Positions 1-9,959 are shown, numbered from the stretch's first letter. The stretch: 64,000 nt of DNA from an uncultured Candidatus Saccharibacteria bacterium (GCA_964529785.1 CAZHAQ010000001.1:37502-101501), one strand, 5' to 3'. The notes: generated by a model not told the origin, from the letters alone. Program-made: numbers and translations.

Positions 1-1
1 A

Positions 2-844
2 AGCTTCGTGCAAACTCCTGACGATATACGCAATATGCGCAAAATTCTGAAAAATCTGGGCATGACTGCGAAAATTATAGCTAAATTTGAGACCAAATCA
101 GCTACTAACATGCTGGAAGATATCGTTAAAGAAGCTGACGCTATAATGATTGCTCGCGGCGACCTGGCAGTTGAGACACCGCCTGAAAGCGTGCCAATTA
201 TACAGCGCCAACTAATTGGTCTTGGCGTCAAATATGCAAAGCCCACAATCGTAGCTACTCAAATGCTATTTAGTATGACCGAAATGCCTGAGCCGACACG
301 AGCAGAAGTTTCTGATGTTGCTACTGCTGTGCTTGTAGGGGCGGACTGTGTAATGTTGAGCGATGAAACTGCTAACGGCCGCTATCCCGTTAAGGCGGTT
401 GAAGTAATGAAGAGAGTAGTTTCATATACGGAAAGAAACGCACCGCTTAAGCCTGTGTTTGTTGATGAAAGAGCTGCGGCAGTTAAGCTAACCCGCCAGG
501 AAGCTATTTCTACGGCTGTTATTAGGCTGGCTAAAAACATTGCTGCTACGACTTTAGTTGCAGAAACTAAGTCTGGTGCTACCGCATTGCAGATAGCTGC
601 TAAGCGCTCAGACATACCTTTAATTGCAGTAACTTCCGACGTGCGCACTGCCCAGCAGCTTGCTATAGTCTACAGCTGTAAGAGTTACGTCCGACCTGAT
701 GATAAATATGCTGCCCGTAAGCTGACTGATTGGCTTAGGTCAAACAATGTACTAAGCAAAGGTGATGTTATTGTTAGTTGCTCTGGGCAGTACCCCGGAG
801 TAGTCGGTACGACTGACACAATTAAAGTAAGGGTGTTAGAGTAG
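2..844 (+). CDS. pyk: pyruvate kinase, C-terminal portion (5' end is outside the window)
   Basis: Open frame from the window edge. Contains the PK active-site region MLSDETANGRYP and the alpha/beta C-terminal domain, with no start codon in the window. Confidence 0.8.
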   Translation, partial: SFVQTPDDIRNMRKILKNLGMTAKIIAKFETKSATNMLEDIVKEADAIMIARGDLAVETPPESVPIIQRQLIGLGVKYAKPTIVATQMLFSMTEMPEPTRAEVSDVATAVLVGADCVMLSDETANGRYPVKAVEVMKRVVSYTERNAPLKPVFVDERAAAVKLTRQEAISTAVIRLAKNIAATTLVAETKSGATALQIAAKRSDIPLIAVTSDVRTAQQLAIVYSCKSYVRPDDKYAARKLTDWLRSNNVLSKGDVIVSCSGQYPGVVGTTDTIKVRVLE

Positions 845-882
845 ATAATACTTAATTTTCAGACTAAAAATCAGGGGGTGGG

Positions 883-2172
883 ATGAGTTTTGGCAAGAAG
901 ACGGTTCGCGATATAGACCTTGCAGGCAAGCGCGTACTGCTAAGAGTTGACTATAATGTGCCCATAAAAAAGGGAAAGATATTAAGTGACTACCGAATCT
1001 TAGAATCTTTGCCGACTATTAAGTATTTACTTGAGCAAAAGTGCAGTATTGTAATTACTTCTCATCTAGGCCGACCTGATGGTAAGAGAAATTTAGATTA
1101 CAGCTTAAGGCCAGCAGCCGATGTATTGTCAGGGCTTTTAAAAAAAGACGTTTTGTTTGCCGAGGACTGTATTGGTGAACAAGTTGAAAAAGCTGTAGAA
1201 AAGTTATCAGCTGGTCAAATTTTAATGCTGGAGAACGTACGTTTTTATCCTGAAGAAGAAGAAAATGACGTAAAGTTTGCCGAAAAGCTGGCAAAGTGGG
1301 GCGAAGTGTTTGTCCAAGACTGCTTTGGGGTAGCTCATCGTTCGCACGCTTCTGTGGTTGGTATAACTAAGTATTTGCCAAGCGTAGCTGGCCTGCTGCT
1401 GGAAAAAGAGGTTACTACTATTATTGGGGCTATGACTAGTCCCAATAGGCCATTAATGGCAATTGTGGGCGGCGCAAAGATCTCCGATAAGATAACAGTA
1501 TTAAAGCGATTTATAGATATTGCTGATTTTGTAGTTGTGGGCGGCGCAATGGCTAACACCTTTCTGCTGGCTAAGGGTATAGAGACTGGTAGAAGCTTGA
1601 CTGAACCCGAAGACGTGCCACTAGCCAAGGAAATAATTGAACTGGCTGAGGAAAAAGCCAAGAAGCAGCAGTTTGTTTTTTACCTGCCGCAGGACGGAGT
1701 GGTAGCTACGGATATGGATAACCCGGCTGCGACTAGAATTGTTGACTGGGATACAAATGCGATAGCAGACATTGAAGCATATCCGCGTCAACCGCGTCGT
1801 TACTCGCAAATAGTTAAGTCCACCGAAAAAATATTAGATATTGGCCCTTTCTCCGCATCATTTATAGCTGGCGGTATACAGATGGTGCAGACGGTGCTTT
1901 GGAACGGCACACTTGGAGTTACTGAAGTCGCCGGCAAGAATAATGATCCTATAGGTCCGTTTGCGCATGGTACCGATATAGTTATGGATGCTCTGCTTGG
2001 CCATTTTGGGCACCGACCCTATGTTATTGTGGGCGGCGGCGATACAGCTGGCTATGTAGAGGACCGTGGATTAACCAAGGCATTTAACCATGTATCAACA
2101 GGTGGCGGCGCGGCGCTGGAGCTTATGGAGGGCAAAAAGCTGCCTGGCGTAACTGCGTTAGAGAATAAATAA
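883..2172 (+). CDS. pgk: phosphoglycerate kinase
   Basis: N-terminal KRVLLRVDYNVP motif and PGK-typical Gly-rich nucleotide-binding segments. Follows pyk in a glycolytic operon. GGGGGTGGG SD-like sequence lies upstream. Confidence 0.9.
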   Translation: MSFGKKTVRDIDLAGKRVLLRVDYNVPIKKGKILSDYRILESLPTIKYLLEQKCSIVITSHLGRPDGKRNLDYSLRPAADVLSGLLKKDVLFAEDCIGEQVEKAVEKLSAGQILMLENVRFYPEEEENDVKFAEKLAKWGEVFVQDCFGVAHRSHASVVGITKYLPSVAGLLLEKEVTTIIGAMTSPNRPLMAIVGGAKISDKITVLKRFIDIADFVVVGGAMANTFLLAKGIETGRSLTEPEDVPLAKEIIELAEEKAKKQQFVFYLPQDGVVATDMDNPAATRIVDWDTNAIADIEAYPRQPRRYSQIVKSTEKILDIGPFSASFIAGGIQMVQTVLWNGTLGVTEVAGKNNDPIGPFAHGTDIVMDALLGHFGHRPYVIVGGGDTAGYVEDRGLTKAFNHVSTGGGAALELMEGKKLPGVTALENK

Positions 2173-2200
2173 AATAATGATAGAATAAGCTTAAGCAATT

Positions 2201-2980
2201 ATGAATAAAACACTTATAGTCGGCAACTGGAAAATGAATCTTAATACTATGCAGGCAAGCATACTGCTTCATAGGCTGCAGGAAAGAATTCGAATCTACA
2301 GGGATGTAGAGGTGGTGCTTGCCCCCAGTTTGCTGGTACTTCAGCCTTTAAGCTTACAGATTGACCGCCGAAAATTCAGGTTGGCAGCCCAGAATGCCTT
2401 TGCAAAAGACAGCGGTGCATACACTGGTGAAGTTAGCTTTACGATGCTTCGTGATCTTGCGCATTATGCGATTATTGGCCACTCAGAAAGAAGGTACATT
2501 TTTAACGAGACGCCGAAAGAGGTATCGGAGAAAGTTGATGCGGCCATACGAAACGGGATTACGCCTATTGTTTGCGTAGGCGAAACCAAGGCCGAGCGAT
2601 TGGCTGGACAAACCAAACGCGTTCTACATGATCAAGTAGTGGGTGCAGTAAAAGGCTTAACTTCTGAAGATATACACAATCTGGTTATTGCTTATGAGCC
2701 AGTATGGGCAATAGGTACAGGCGTAATTGCCACCCCTGAGCAAGCAGAGCAGGCGGTCGGCTTTATCAGACACAATATATATGAATTGTACGGCAAGAAA
2801 GCTTCCGAGAAGGTTAGAGTGCTATATGGTGGCAGTGTCGTTCCCGACGTAGCTACTGGTTTTTTAAAGATTAAAGGCGTGGATGGGCTATTAGTAGGTG
2901 GTGCAAGTATAAATTACCACCAGTTTTCGGCAATAGTAGATAGTGCTTACCGGCTTAGACAAGAGTTAAGAGATAAGTAA
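2201..2980 (+). CDS. tpiA: triosephosphate isomerase
   Basis: IVGNWKMN start, the AYEPVWAIGTG active-site motif and GHSERR. The pyk-pgk-tpiA order is conserved. Confidence 0.9.
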   Translation: MNKTLIVGNWKMNLNTMQASILLHRLQERIRIYRDVEVVLAPSLLVLQPLSLQIDRRKFRLAAQNAFAKDSGAYTGEVSFTMLRDLAHYAIIGHSERRYIFNETPKEVSEKVDAAIRNGITPIVCVGETKAERLAGQTKRVLHDQVVGAVKGLTSEDIHNLVIAYEPVWAIGTGVIATPEQAEQAVGFIRHNIYELYGKKASEKVRVLYGGSVVPDVATGFLKIKGVDGLLVGGASINYHQFSAIVDSAYRLRQELRDK

Positions 2981-2982
2981 TC

Positions 2983-3588
2983 ATGAGTCATGATGGTCTC
3001 TCGTCGGATGAATACAAGGTCATGGATGTATCCAGGCCTGGTAAAGGGAAAATAATGCCTACATCTCGGCCTGTTGTAGCGCCAGTGGTTTCAGGCGATC
3101 ACTCTGAAGTAGTAAAAGATATAGACGATGAAATTGGCTCTCATAGAGTTACTGGCTCTCAGCGGGTAATAGAGCCTCTTGGTAATATGGATCATAATGA
3201 TCACAGTGTTGAAGATAGCGAACTGAAAGATGATACAAGTGAGCCGGAGGAGACTGGCAAAGAAGCTGAAGAATTAAATAATGAAGCTGAGCCGGTATCA
3301 GATAATGAGCCCAGTACTAATAATTCACAGACTGGATCTGAGATGTCTGACGCTGCTGAAGTGGACGCATTAGCCTCTAAGGTAGAAGCTAAAAAACAGG
3401 CCGCTAAAGAAGCTAAGGAGAAGGCGGAAAGCGATGCTAAGCTGCAGGAGATGATAGACAGCAGGCAGTACGTAGTACCGATTAAAGGTGGCCGCTCAAG
3501 TTTAAGTATAGGCCTACTTGCAGTAGTTATAGCAGTGCTTCTGGTAATAGCTGCAGCAATAGCCAGCTATTTTCTACTTAATGCATAA
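2983..3588 (+). CDS. hypothetical acidic protein with a single C-terminal TM anchor
   Basis: 201 aa, highly acidic and low-complexity (D/E/S-rich). Ends in the hydrophobic stretch LSIGLLAVVIAVLLVIAAAIASYFLL. No recognisable domain. Confidence 0.35.
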   Translation: MSHDGLSSDEYKVMDVSRPGKGKIMPTSRPVVAPVVSGDHSEVVKDIDDEIGSHRVTGSQRVIEPLGNMDHNDHSVEDSELKDDTSEPEETGKEAEELNNEAEPVSDNEPSTNNSQTGSEMSDAAEVDALASKVEAKKQAAKEAKEKAESDAKLQEMIDSRQYVVPIKGGRSSLSIGLLAVVIAVLLVIAAAIASYFLLNA

Positions 3589-3633
3589 TGTGGTTTTACC
3601 GCCCCATGTAATGCTAAATTTTGCTACAATTAA

Positions 3634-6600
3634 TTGATGTCTACTAGTGAATTTAATCCGATTATTGACCCATGGGCCGACGAGGAGGCTAAAGTTGATG
3701 CCGACAGACTGTTAGTTGGCTTAAATAAAGAACAGCGCAGAGCAGTGCTTACGACTGATGGGCCATTGCTCATTCAAGCTGGAGCTGGCAGCGGCAAGAC
3801 TAAAACTTTGACGCATCGTATTGCATATATAATAGCTAGTAATAAAGCCACTCCATATAATATACTGGCCGTTACATTTACGAATAAAGCCGCTAAGGAA
3901 ATGCGCGAGCGTATCGCCGGGCTTCTTAATCAGGATGCGGATAATCGCAGCTTTATGCCGTTTATGGGTACATTCCATTCTATTTGCGTTCGGCTGCTTA
4001 GGCAGGACGGCGAGCATATTGGAGTACCAAGAAACTTTGTAATATTTGATGAAAGTGACCGGTTGAGTGCAATCAAACAGGCTAGCCGGCAATTGAAGCT
4101 GGATGAAAAAGCTTTTACAGCAAGAACTATAAGCAGTCTAATTAGCAGTGCTAAGAATGATTTAATTAGCCCGGAGGAGTATCTAGGGCTTGCAAACTCC
4201 CCAACGCAGTCGGCAGCCGCAAAGGTGTATCCGCTTTATCAAAAGACTTTGAAAGATGCGGGAGCGTTAGATTTTGATGATCTAATCGCTAAGACTGTAA
4301 GCATGCTGCAAAGCAACTCTAAAATTAGACAAAAATGGCAGGATCAATTTAAGTACGTCATGATTGACGAGTATCAGGATACTAATACTGCTCAGTACAA
4401 TCTCGTTAAATATTTGACAAATAAGCAAAGAAATATTGCAGTAGTTGGGGATGACTGGCAGTGTTTCCATCCGGACACTTTAATAGAAACGGCGGATGGC
4501 TTTAAGAAAATAAAAGATGTTAGTTCAGGAGAGTTCGTAAGGTCGGCTAGCGGCTACGGTAAATCTGGATTTTTTAAAGTCACTAACAAGAAAAAATTTA
4601 ACTTCAATACTGATTTGATGCAAATAAAAACTGCATCCGGTAGGGTCATAAACTGCACCCCAAACCATCTATTATTTACTAGATGGGGAAAAACTGATTC
4701 ATATTTTGTTTATTTAATGTATTCAAGAGATAAGGGTTATAGGATCGGCACAGCTAAAGGATCAAGGTTTGATGGAAAAAAAGATGACATTGGCTTGAGG
4801 GTCAGAGCAAATCAAGAGAGAGCTCAAAAAATGTGGATTCTAAAAGTATGCACTACAAAAGAAGAAGCAATATACACTGAAATGCTATTTGCGTATAAAT
4901 TTGGAATTCCTATGACATTGTTTTTTTCTTATAAAAACCGATCAATGGGCCTCAGTCAAGAATATATTGACCTTCTTTATAAAGAGATAGATACAGTTTC
5001 AAGAGCTAAGATAATCTTTGATGAGTTAGGGCTTAGTGCTGATTATCCGCATTTTACACCTCAGGCAACAACTAGGTACGGTATAGAGAACTGTAATATA
5101 AATGTAGTTTTATTCGGAGATAAGCGTACCACAGTATCAAGCCCATGGTCTGCTAGTAGAATATCTGTAAATACTTCAAATAATAAAATTTTAGAAATTT
5201 TTAAAAACTTAGGCTACACAGTAAGGCCGGGTCGGGCAGGTACACATCGATCTGAGATCCATAATTTAGATTATGGAAAGATTGAACAGGCTTTAGAAAA
5301 ACTTCAGAATGATTCTGGATCTGATGCACGAATTTGCAAGTATGCATTTCTAACTTCAAATAAATTTTTGTTCACTCCAGCAGGTCAAGTGCATCCTGGC
5401 ATGCTGCTGCCTGTTGTGCAGGGCGAAGATATCGTAGAAGAAGTTGTCGAGGAAGTAGTAAGAACTCCTTACTCAGGGCTTGTTTATGACCTTGATGTTG
5501 AGAAAGTACATAATTATTCTGCCAATCAAATAATCGTTCATAATTCCATATATAGTTGGAGGGGCGCAGATTTTCAGAATATATTGAATTTTGAAAAAGA
5601 CTATAAAAATACGACTGTTATAAAGTTGGAACAAAACTATCGCAGTACAAAATCTATACTTGATGCAGCCCACGCTGTTATTAGCAAGAACCAGCAAAGG
5701 TCAGAAAAGAAACTATGGACCGATGAATCTACTGGACTACCGGTGCAGATTATGCAGGTTCAAAACCAGAGCGCAGAAGGTGAGGCTATAATTAGACGAA
5801 TAGAAGCTATGGTTAGTGCTGGGCGGCGAAAGTATAGTGATTACGCCGTTCTTTACAGGACCAATGCTCAGAGTCGGGCAATTGAGGAAATGTTTGTCCG
5901 TTACGGAGTGCCATACAAGGTAATTGGCGGAGTTAGATTCTACGACCGTAAAGAAATAAAAGATATAGTCGCGTATTTAAGGCTAATTTTCCAGCCAGAT
6001 GATGCAGTTAGTTTTGAGAGAATTGTTAACGTGCCGACTAGAGGCATTGGGCCTAAATCATTGGATAATTTCAGAGTTTGGGCAAATCAAGCCGGAAGCA
6101 TTCTAAGAGGACTTGAGACGGTTGCCGACTGCCCATCGCTTACTCCAAAGGCAAAAAAAGGCTTTACTGAGATTGCCGACATCATATTGTCTTACGGTCG
6201 GCTAATAGAAGACACGGCCGTGTCGGGTGTTATTGATAGCCTATTAAGAAGGCTAGATTATATGTCGTACTTAGACGATGGTACTTTGCAGGGAGAGTCG
6301 CGCCAAGAAAACGTCCGCGAACTTATTTCAGTAGCTAAAGCTTACCAGGATGTTGGGCTTGAGGGATTCTTGGAAGAGGTAAGTCTTATTAGCGATCTAG
6401 ATAATGCTGATATATCAGCAAATTCAGTTACGCTAATGACCCTGCATGCCGCTAAGGGCCTAGAATTCCCGGCTGTATTCATGATAGGCCTGGAAGAAAC
6501 TGTATTGCCTCACAGCCGTGCATTATATGATCAGCGGGAGATGGAAGAGGAGCGCCGGCTGATGTATGTCGGTATGACAAGAGCTCGTCAGGAACTTTAC

Positions 6601-6915
6601 CTGACTTACGCTACCTCAAGAGCCTTGTATGGCGGGGTGCAGTATAATCCACCTTCGCGTTTCTTGTCCGAAATAGACAATAAGTCAATTGTCGGAGCAG
6701 AATCGCTTTATCCCACTTCTCAAAGTGAAGCAAGCCAACAGATTGACGATGAGCCTAGATATGTAGTCGAATTAAATGAAGGCGACAGAGTAAGCCACCA
6801 GGCATTTGGCGAGGGTGTAGTGGTAGATGTAGATGGTGATAATGTAGCGGTCCACTTTAAGTCTAAAGGCGTTAAGAAGCTAAATACTGCTTTCGCGCCA
6901 CTGGAAAAAATATAA
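3634..6915 (+). CDS. uvrD: UvrD/PcrA-type ATP-dependent DNA helicase interrupted by an intein
   Basis: Walker A AGAGSGKT, motif Ia TFTNKAA and Q-motif. Motif III (VVGDDWQ...SIYSWRGA) is split by 361 aa beginning with Cys and ending in His-Asn followed by Ser. Confidence 0.85.
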   Translation: MMSTSEFNPIIDPWADEEAKVDADRLLVGLNKEQRRAVLTTDGPLLIQAGAGSGKTKTLTHRIAYIIASNKATPYNILAVTFTNKAAKEMRERIAGLLNQDADNRSFMPFMGTFHSICVRLLRQDGEHIGVPRNFVIFDESDRLSAIKQASRQLKLDEKAFTARTISSLISSAKNDLISPEEYLGLANSPTQSAAAKVYPLYQKTLKDAGALDFDDLIAKTVSMLQSNSKIRQKWQDQFKYVMIDEYQDTNTAQYNLVKYLTNKQRNIAVVGDDWQCFHPDTLIETADGFKKIKDVSSGEFVRSASGYGKSGFFKVTNKKKFNFNTDLMQIKTASGRVINCTPNHLLFTRWGKTDSYFVYLMYSRDKGYRIGTAKGSRFDGKKDDIGLRVRANQERAQKMWILKVCTTKEEAIYTEMLFAYKFGIPMTLFFSYKNRSMGLSQEYIDLLYKEIDTVSRAKIIFDELGLSADYPHFTPQATTRYGIENCNINVVLFGDKRTTVSSPWSASRISVNTSNNKILEIFKNLGYTVRPGRAGTHRSEIHNLDYGKIEQALEKLQNDSGSDARICKYAFLTSNKFLFTPAGQVHPGMLLPVVQGEDIVEEVVEEVVRTPYSGLVYDLDVEKVHNYSANQIIVHNSIYSWRGADFQNILNFEKDYKNTTVIKLEQNYRSTKSILDAAHAVISKNQQRSEKKLWTDESTGLPVQIMQVQNQSAEGEAIIRRIEAMVSAGRRKYSDYAVLYRTNAQSRAIEEMFVRYGVPYKVIGGVRFYDRKEIKDIVAYLRLIFQPDDAVSFERIVNVPTRGIGPKSLDNFRVWANQAGSILRGLETVADCPSLTPKAKKGFTEIADIILSYGRLIEDTAVSGVIDSLLRRLDYMSYLDDGTLQGESRQENVRELISVAKAYQDVGLEGFLEEVSLISDLDNADISANSVTLMTLHAAKGLEFPAVFMIGLEETVLPHSRALYDQREMEEERRLMYVGMTRARQELYLTYATSRALYGGVQYNPPSRFLSEIDNKSIVGAESLYPTSQSEASQQIDDEPRYVVELNEGDRVSHQAFGEGVVVDVDGDNVAVHFKSKGVKKLNTAFAPLEKI
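4462..5544 (+). other. intein (protein-splicing element) inside uvrD, 361 aa
   Basis: Starts with Cys (CFHPDTLIETADG), contains block B TPNH, and ends in the C-terminal splicing block VYDLDVEKVHNYSANQIIVHN, followed by extein Ser. Joining the exteins restores the helicase motif III GDDWQSIYSWRGA. The central 200 aa is a presumed endonuclease-like domain with only a degenerate LAGLIDADG-like stretch (YLMYSRDKGY). Confidence 0.75.
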
Positions 6916-6916
6916 C

Positions 6917-7390
6917 GTGAAGCTCTGGTTGATTTTAGGTAAGACGGTGTTTGTTTTAGGCTGGCCGGTTTGGTATTTATATTTTAAGTTAGTGCCTAGG
7001 CGAAGCCGAGTAGTGGTTGTTTGGCAGGATAAAGTGCTGCTTGTAAATAGCTGGTTGAGCGGTAGTACCTGGGGCCTTCCTGGGGGCGGTGCACATGCCG
7101 GTGAGTCTCTTGAAGCTTCCGCTATCCGTGAGCTAAAAGAAGAAACCGGTTTAATAGCTGACGAGGCAGCACTTCAGAAGCTGGATACCTATTACCATAA
7201 TGAGCATGGTCTCAAATATGAAGCTACTTTTTATTTATTAAAATTAAGTAACCCAAATCAACTAAAGCGGCAGAGGCTTGAAATAGCCCGGCTTGGCTGG
7301 TTTTCAGAAGCTGAATTCGCAAGCATGAATATAAGCAGCGACACCAAGCGCATACTGGCTAACTTTAATAAAAAAATTTGGTATAATTGA
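6917..7390 (+). CDS. NUDIX hydrolase with an N-terminal TM segment
   Basis: Nudix box GLPGGGAHAGESLEASAIRELKEETG. GTG start immediately after the uvrD stop. Confidence 0.75.
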   Translation: MKLWLILGKTVFVLGWPVWYLYFKLVPRRSRVVVVWQDKVLLVNSWLSGSTWGLPGGGAHAGESLEASAIRELKEETGLIADEAALQKLDTYYHNEHGLKYEATFYLLKLSNPNQLKRQRLEIARLGWFSEAEFASMNISSDTKRILANFNKKIWYN

Positions 7391-7482
7391 ATCGCATATT
7401 ATTGATTGGAATTACCTAAAATTTAACATTAAGTTAAGTATGTTTAAGTTTTAGGCACTAGGATAATGACTTATAAACATGT

Positions 7483-8739
7483 TTGAGGCATTTTGTGCAC
7501 TATAGATTAAGGCAGTATAAATTTCGTATTAGAAAATCCGCCAACCATTTAGAGAAGCGGCTTAAATCCCACCCATATTTACTTCATATATCGGCAGCCG
7601 TATCGTTAGTGCTGGTTGGCGTTGTATTGGTGCTTGCACTGCGCGATAGCAATGTAGTCTTAAGTTCAAAGCCCGAAGGCGCAGCTAATATTGTAATACT
7701 GCATGTAGACAGGGATACTAGAGTGCTGCCAACGAGAGAGGAAAATGTTGAAGGCCTTCTAAAGAATGCCGGCATAGAATTAAATGAAGGTGATGTTGTT
7801 GAGCCTTCGCTTCAAACGGCAATTGAGGATGACGACTTTAGAATAAATGTATATAGAGCTGCTCCAGTTGTAATCCAGGATGAAGATAAGCGTATTGAAA
7901 CTATGAGCGCCGCCCAGACTTCTCGCAGTATTGCTGATCAAGCTGGTATTGTAATCCATCCTGAAGACGAAATTAAAACCGAACCAAGCCGAGATTTTTT
8001 ACGAGATGGGGTTGGGAGCAAGGTTGTTATAGAAAGGTCATCACCTGTGGTGCTCAATCTGTATGGTAATTCTCTGCCGATTAGGACTCTTACTAAAACA
8101 GTTGGCGACTTACTCAAAGAAAAAAACGTCGTTTTAGAAGATGGCGACAAGATTACGCCGTCACTTGATACGCCAATAACTGAAAATCTACAGATATTTG
8201 TCACTAGATATGGAGTTGAAGTCATAACTTCAGAGGAAGTAATACCTATGCCGGTTGAAACTGTGGAAGACAGCAGCTTATCATTCGGGACTTCGGCGGT
8301 TCGGCAGGTAGGTGCTGAAGGTAAGAAATCTGTTACTTACCAGATTAATATGGAGAACGGCGTAGAGGTTGGAAGGACATTAATCCAGGAAGTAGTTGTC
8401 CAAGAGCCAGTCAAGCAGATTGTGGCCAGAGGTAAAGCATTTAATATTGCCAGCGACAAATCCGCTGTTATGAGTGCTGCCGGTATATCATCCAGCGATC
8501 AAGTATATGTAAATTACATAATTAACCGAGAGTCGAGATGGAATATAACTGCCCGAAATTCATCAAGCGGCGCCTATGGATTATGTCAGGCGCTGCCTGG
8601 AGGTAAAATGTCCAGTGCTGGTAGCGACTGGGAAACTAATCCGGTAACTCAGTTAAGATGGTGTCATGGCTATGCGCTAGGTCGTTACGGTAGCTGGGAA
8701 GCCGCATATAATTTTTGGTTAAATAATCATTGGTGGTAA
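7483..8739 (+). CDS. membrane-anchored DUF348-repeat / G5-domain protein with a C-terminal lysozyme-like (APF-type) domain
   Basis: N-terminal TM. Three DUF348-like repeats (pattern V..DG....L.T....V.DLL) and a G5-like segment (VTYQINMENGVEVGRTLIQEVVVQEPVKQIVARG). The C-terminus (INRESRWNITARN...GLCQALPGGKMSSAGSDWETNP...RYGSWEAAYNFWLNNHWW) resembles the C-terminal domain of Lactobacillus aggregation-promoting-factor / transglycosylase-like proteins. TTG start assumed. Confidence 0.55.
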   Translation: MRHFVHYRLRQYKFRIRKSANHLEKRLKSHPYLLHISAAVSLVLVGVVLVLALRDSNVVLSSKPEGAANIVILHVDRDTRVLPTREENVEGLLKNAGIELNEGDVVEPSLQTAIEDDDFRINVYRAAPVVIQDEDKRIETMSAAQTSRSIADQAGIVIHPEDEIKTEPSRDFLRDGVGSKVVIERSSPVVLNLYGNSLPIRTLTKTVGDLLKEKNVVLEDGDKITPSLDTPITENLQIFVTRYGVEVITSEEVIPMPVETVEDSSLSFGTSAVRQVGAEGKKSVTYQINMENGVEVGRTLIQEVVVQEPVKQIVARGKAFNIASDKSAVMSAAGISSSDQVYVNYIINRESRWNITARNSSSGAYGLCQALPGGKMSSAGSDWETNPVTQLRWCHGYALGRYGSWEAAYNFWLNNHWW

Positions 8740-8742
8740 ATT

Positions 8743-9168
8743 ATGGAATACAGATTTGACGGGCAAAATTACATACTAAGACTCAATAAAGGTGAGCTTA
8801 TAGTTAAAAGCCTGAAGACTTTTATTAAGGAAAAGAAGATTAATGGCGGTTGGATAACCGGTCTAGGCGGATTAACTTGGGCAGAATTAGGCTTCTATGA
8901 TCTTGCTAGTGAAGAGTATGCTTGGTCTAAGTACGAAGAGCTGTTGGAATTAACAAATTTGACCGGTAATATCGCCTGGCAAGATGACGAACCTGCACTG
9001 CATCTGCATGCTACAGTAAGTGATGCCAGCCTACATGCAGTTGGCGGACATCTCAATGAGGCTGAAGCAGCTGGTACAGTAGAAATTTTTATACACTGCT
9101 GGCAGTCTGACGAGAGGCTAGAAAGATCCAAAGATAGCCAGACTGGATTGAACCTTTTAAGTCTATGA
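8743..9168 (+). CDS. PPC/DUF296-family protein (predicted DNA-binding, AT-hook-associated fold)
   Basis: 141 aa. Pattern NYILRLNKGELIVKSL...GWITGLGGLTWAELGFYD...LHLHATVSDASLHAVGGHL matches the prokaryotic PPC domain. Confidence 0.5.
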   Translation: MEYRFDGQNYILRLNKGELIVKSLKTFIKEKKINGGWITGLGGLTWAELGFYDLASEEYAWSKYEELLELTNLTGNIAWQDDEPALHLHATVSDASLHAVGGHLNEAEAAGTVEIFIHCWQSDERLERSKDSQTGLNLLSL

Positions 9169-9959
9169 AGCCAAATAAGCAATTAGGCCAGCACTGGCTG
9201 CATGAGGAGCAGTCGCTTAATTCAATGTGCCATGCTGCTGAAGTTGGCCCCGATGACCTGGTGCTAGAAGTTGGTCCAGGGCTCGGAACATTAACTGAAA
9301 AACTGCTGGGCATTGGTGCTGAAGTTTGGGCTTTAGAATTTGATGAAGGTCTTATCCCTGGGTTAAAAAATAAATTTGCCAAATATGATAAGTTCCATAT
9401 TGAGCATGTAGACATATTGAAGTACGACTTCAACAAACCTAAACCAGGCTATAAAGTAGTTGCCAATATACCTTATTATTTGACGTCTAATTTGCTGCGT
9501 AAAATGTGCGAAGCTGAAAACAATTTCAGTAAGGCAGCGCTTCTGGTTCAGAAAGAAGTTGCCGAGCGAGTTTGCGCAGGTCCGGGTGAAATGAGTCTGC
9601 TAAGCGTGAGTGTGCAGTACTACTGTGAAGCTAGCTTGGGAGATATTGTTCCAGCAGAACTGTTTACGCCTCCGCCTAAAGTGGATTCTCAGATATTAAA
9701 GTTAACATATCGCCAGCAACCGCTGTTTAGTGATGTGGATAGTGGTAAATTCTTTAGACTAGTTAAAGCTGGTTTTTCCGAGCGCAGAAAAATGCTCAGA
9801 AGCAGCTTAAGCGGCGGTCTGGGTATATCTAAAGTTGATGCAGAAGAACTGCTGGATAATGCAGGTATAGATTCAAGGCTTCGGGCCCAATCCTTGTCGC
9901 TGGAAGATTGGTACAAGCTATACTTGCAAGCTTATGCTAAAAATATTAAAGTAAATTAG
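9165..9959 (+). CDS. rsmA: 16S rRNA (adenine1518/1519-N6)-dimethyltransferase
   Basis: KQLGQHWL N-terminus (KsgA LGQNFL motif), the SAM-binding VLEVGPGLGTLT and NIPYYLTS motifs. Confidence 0.85.
   Translation: MKPNKQLGQHWLHEEQSLNSMCHAAEVGPDDLVLEVGPGLGTLTEKLLGIGAEVWALEFDEGLIPGLKNKFAKYDKFHIEHVDILKYDFNKPKPGYKVVANIPYYLTSNLLRKMCEAENNFSKAALLVQKEVAERVCAGPGEMSLLSVSVQYYCEASLGDIVPAELFTPPPKVDSQILKLTYRQQPLFSDVDSGKFFRLVKAGFSERRKMLRSSLSGGLGISKVDAEELLDNAGIDSRLRAQSLSLEDWYKLYLQAYAKNIKVN

Noticed and set aside
382-648. Minus-strand 88-aa ORF inside pyk (likewise 1055-1294, 1335-1661, 1621-1809, 3721-4092, 7584-7775, 7938-8225, 9689-9916 and other antisense ORFs in the track).
   Set aside because: These lie entirely antisense to well-supported genes, carry no motifs, and have low-complexity composition typical of antisense frames.
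2361-2579. 72-aa plus-strand ORF in an alternate frame inside tpiA.
   Set aside because: It overlaps the conserved TIM coding frame, so it is spurious.
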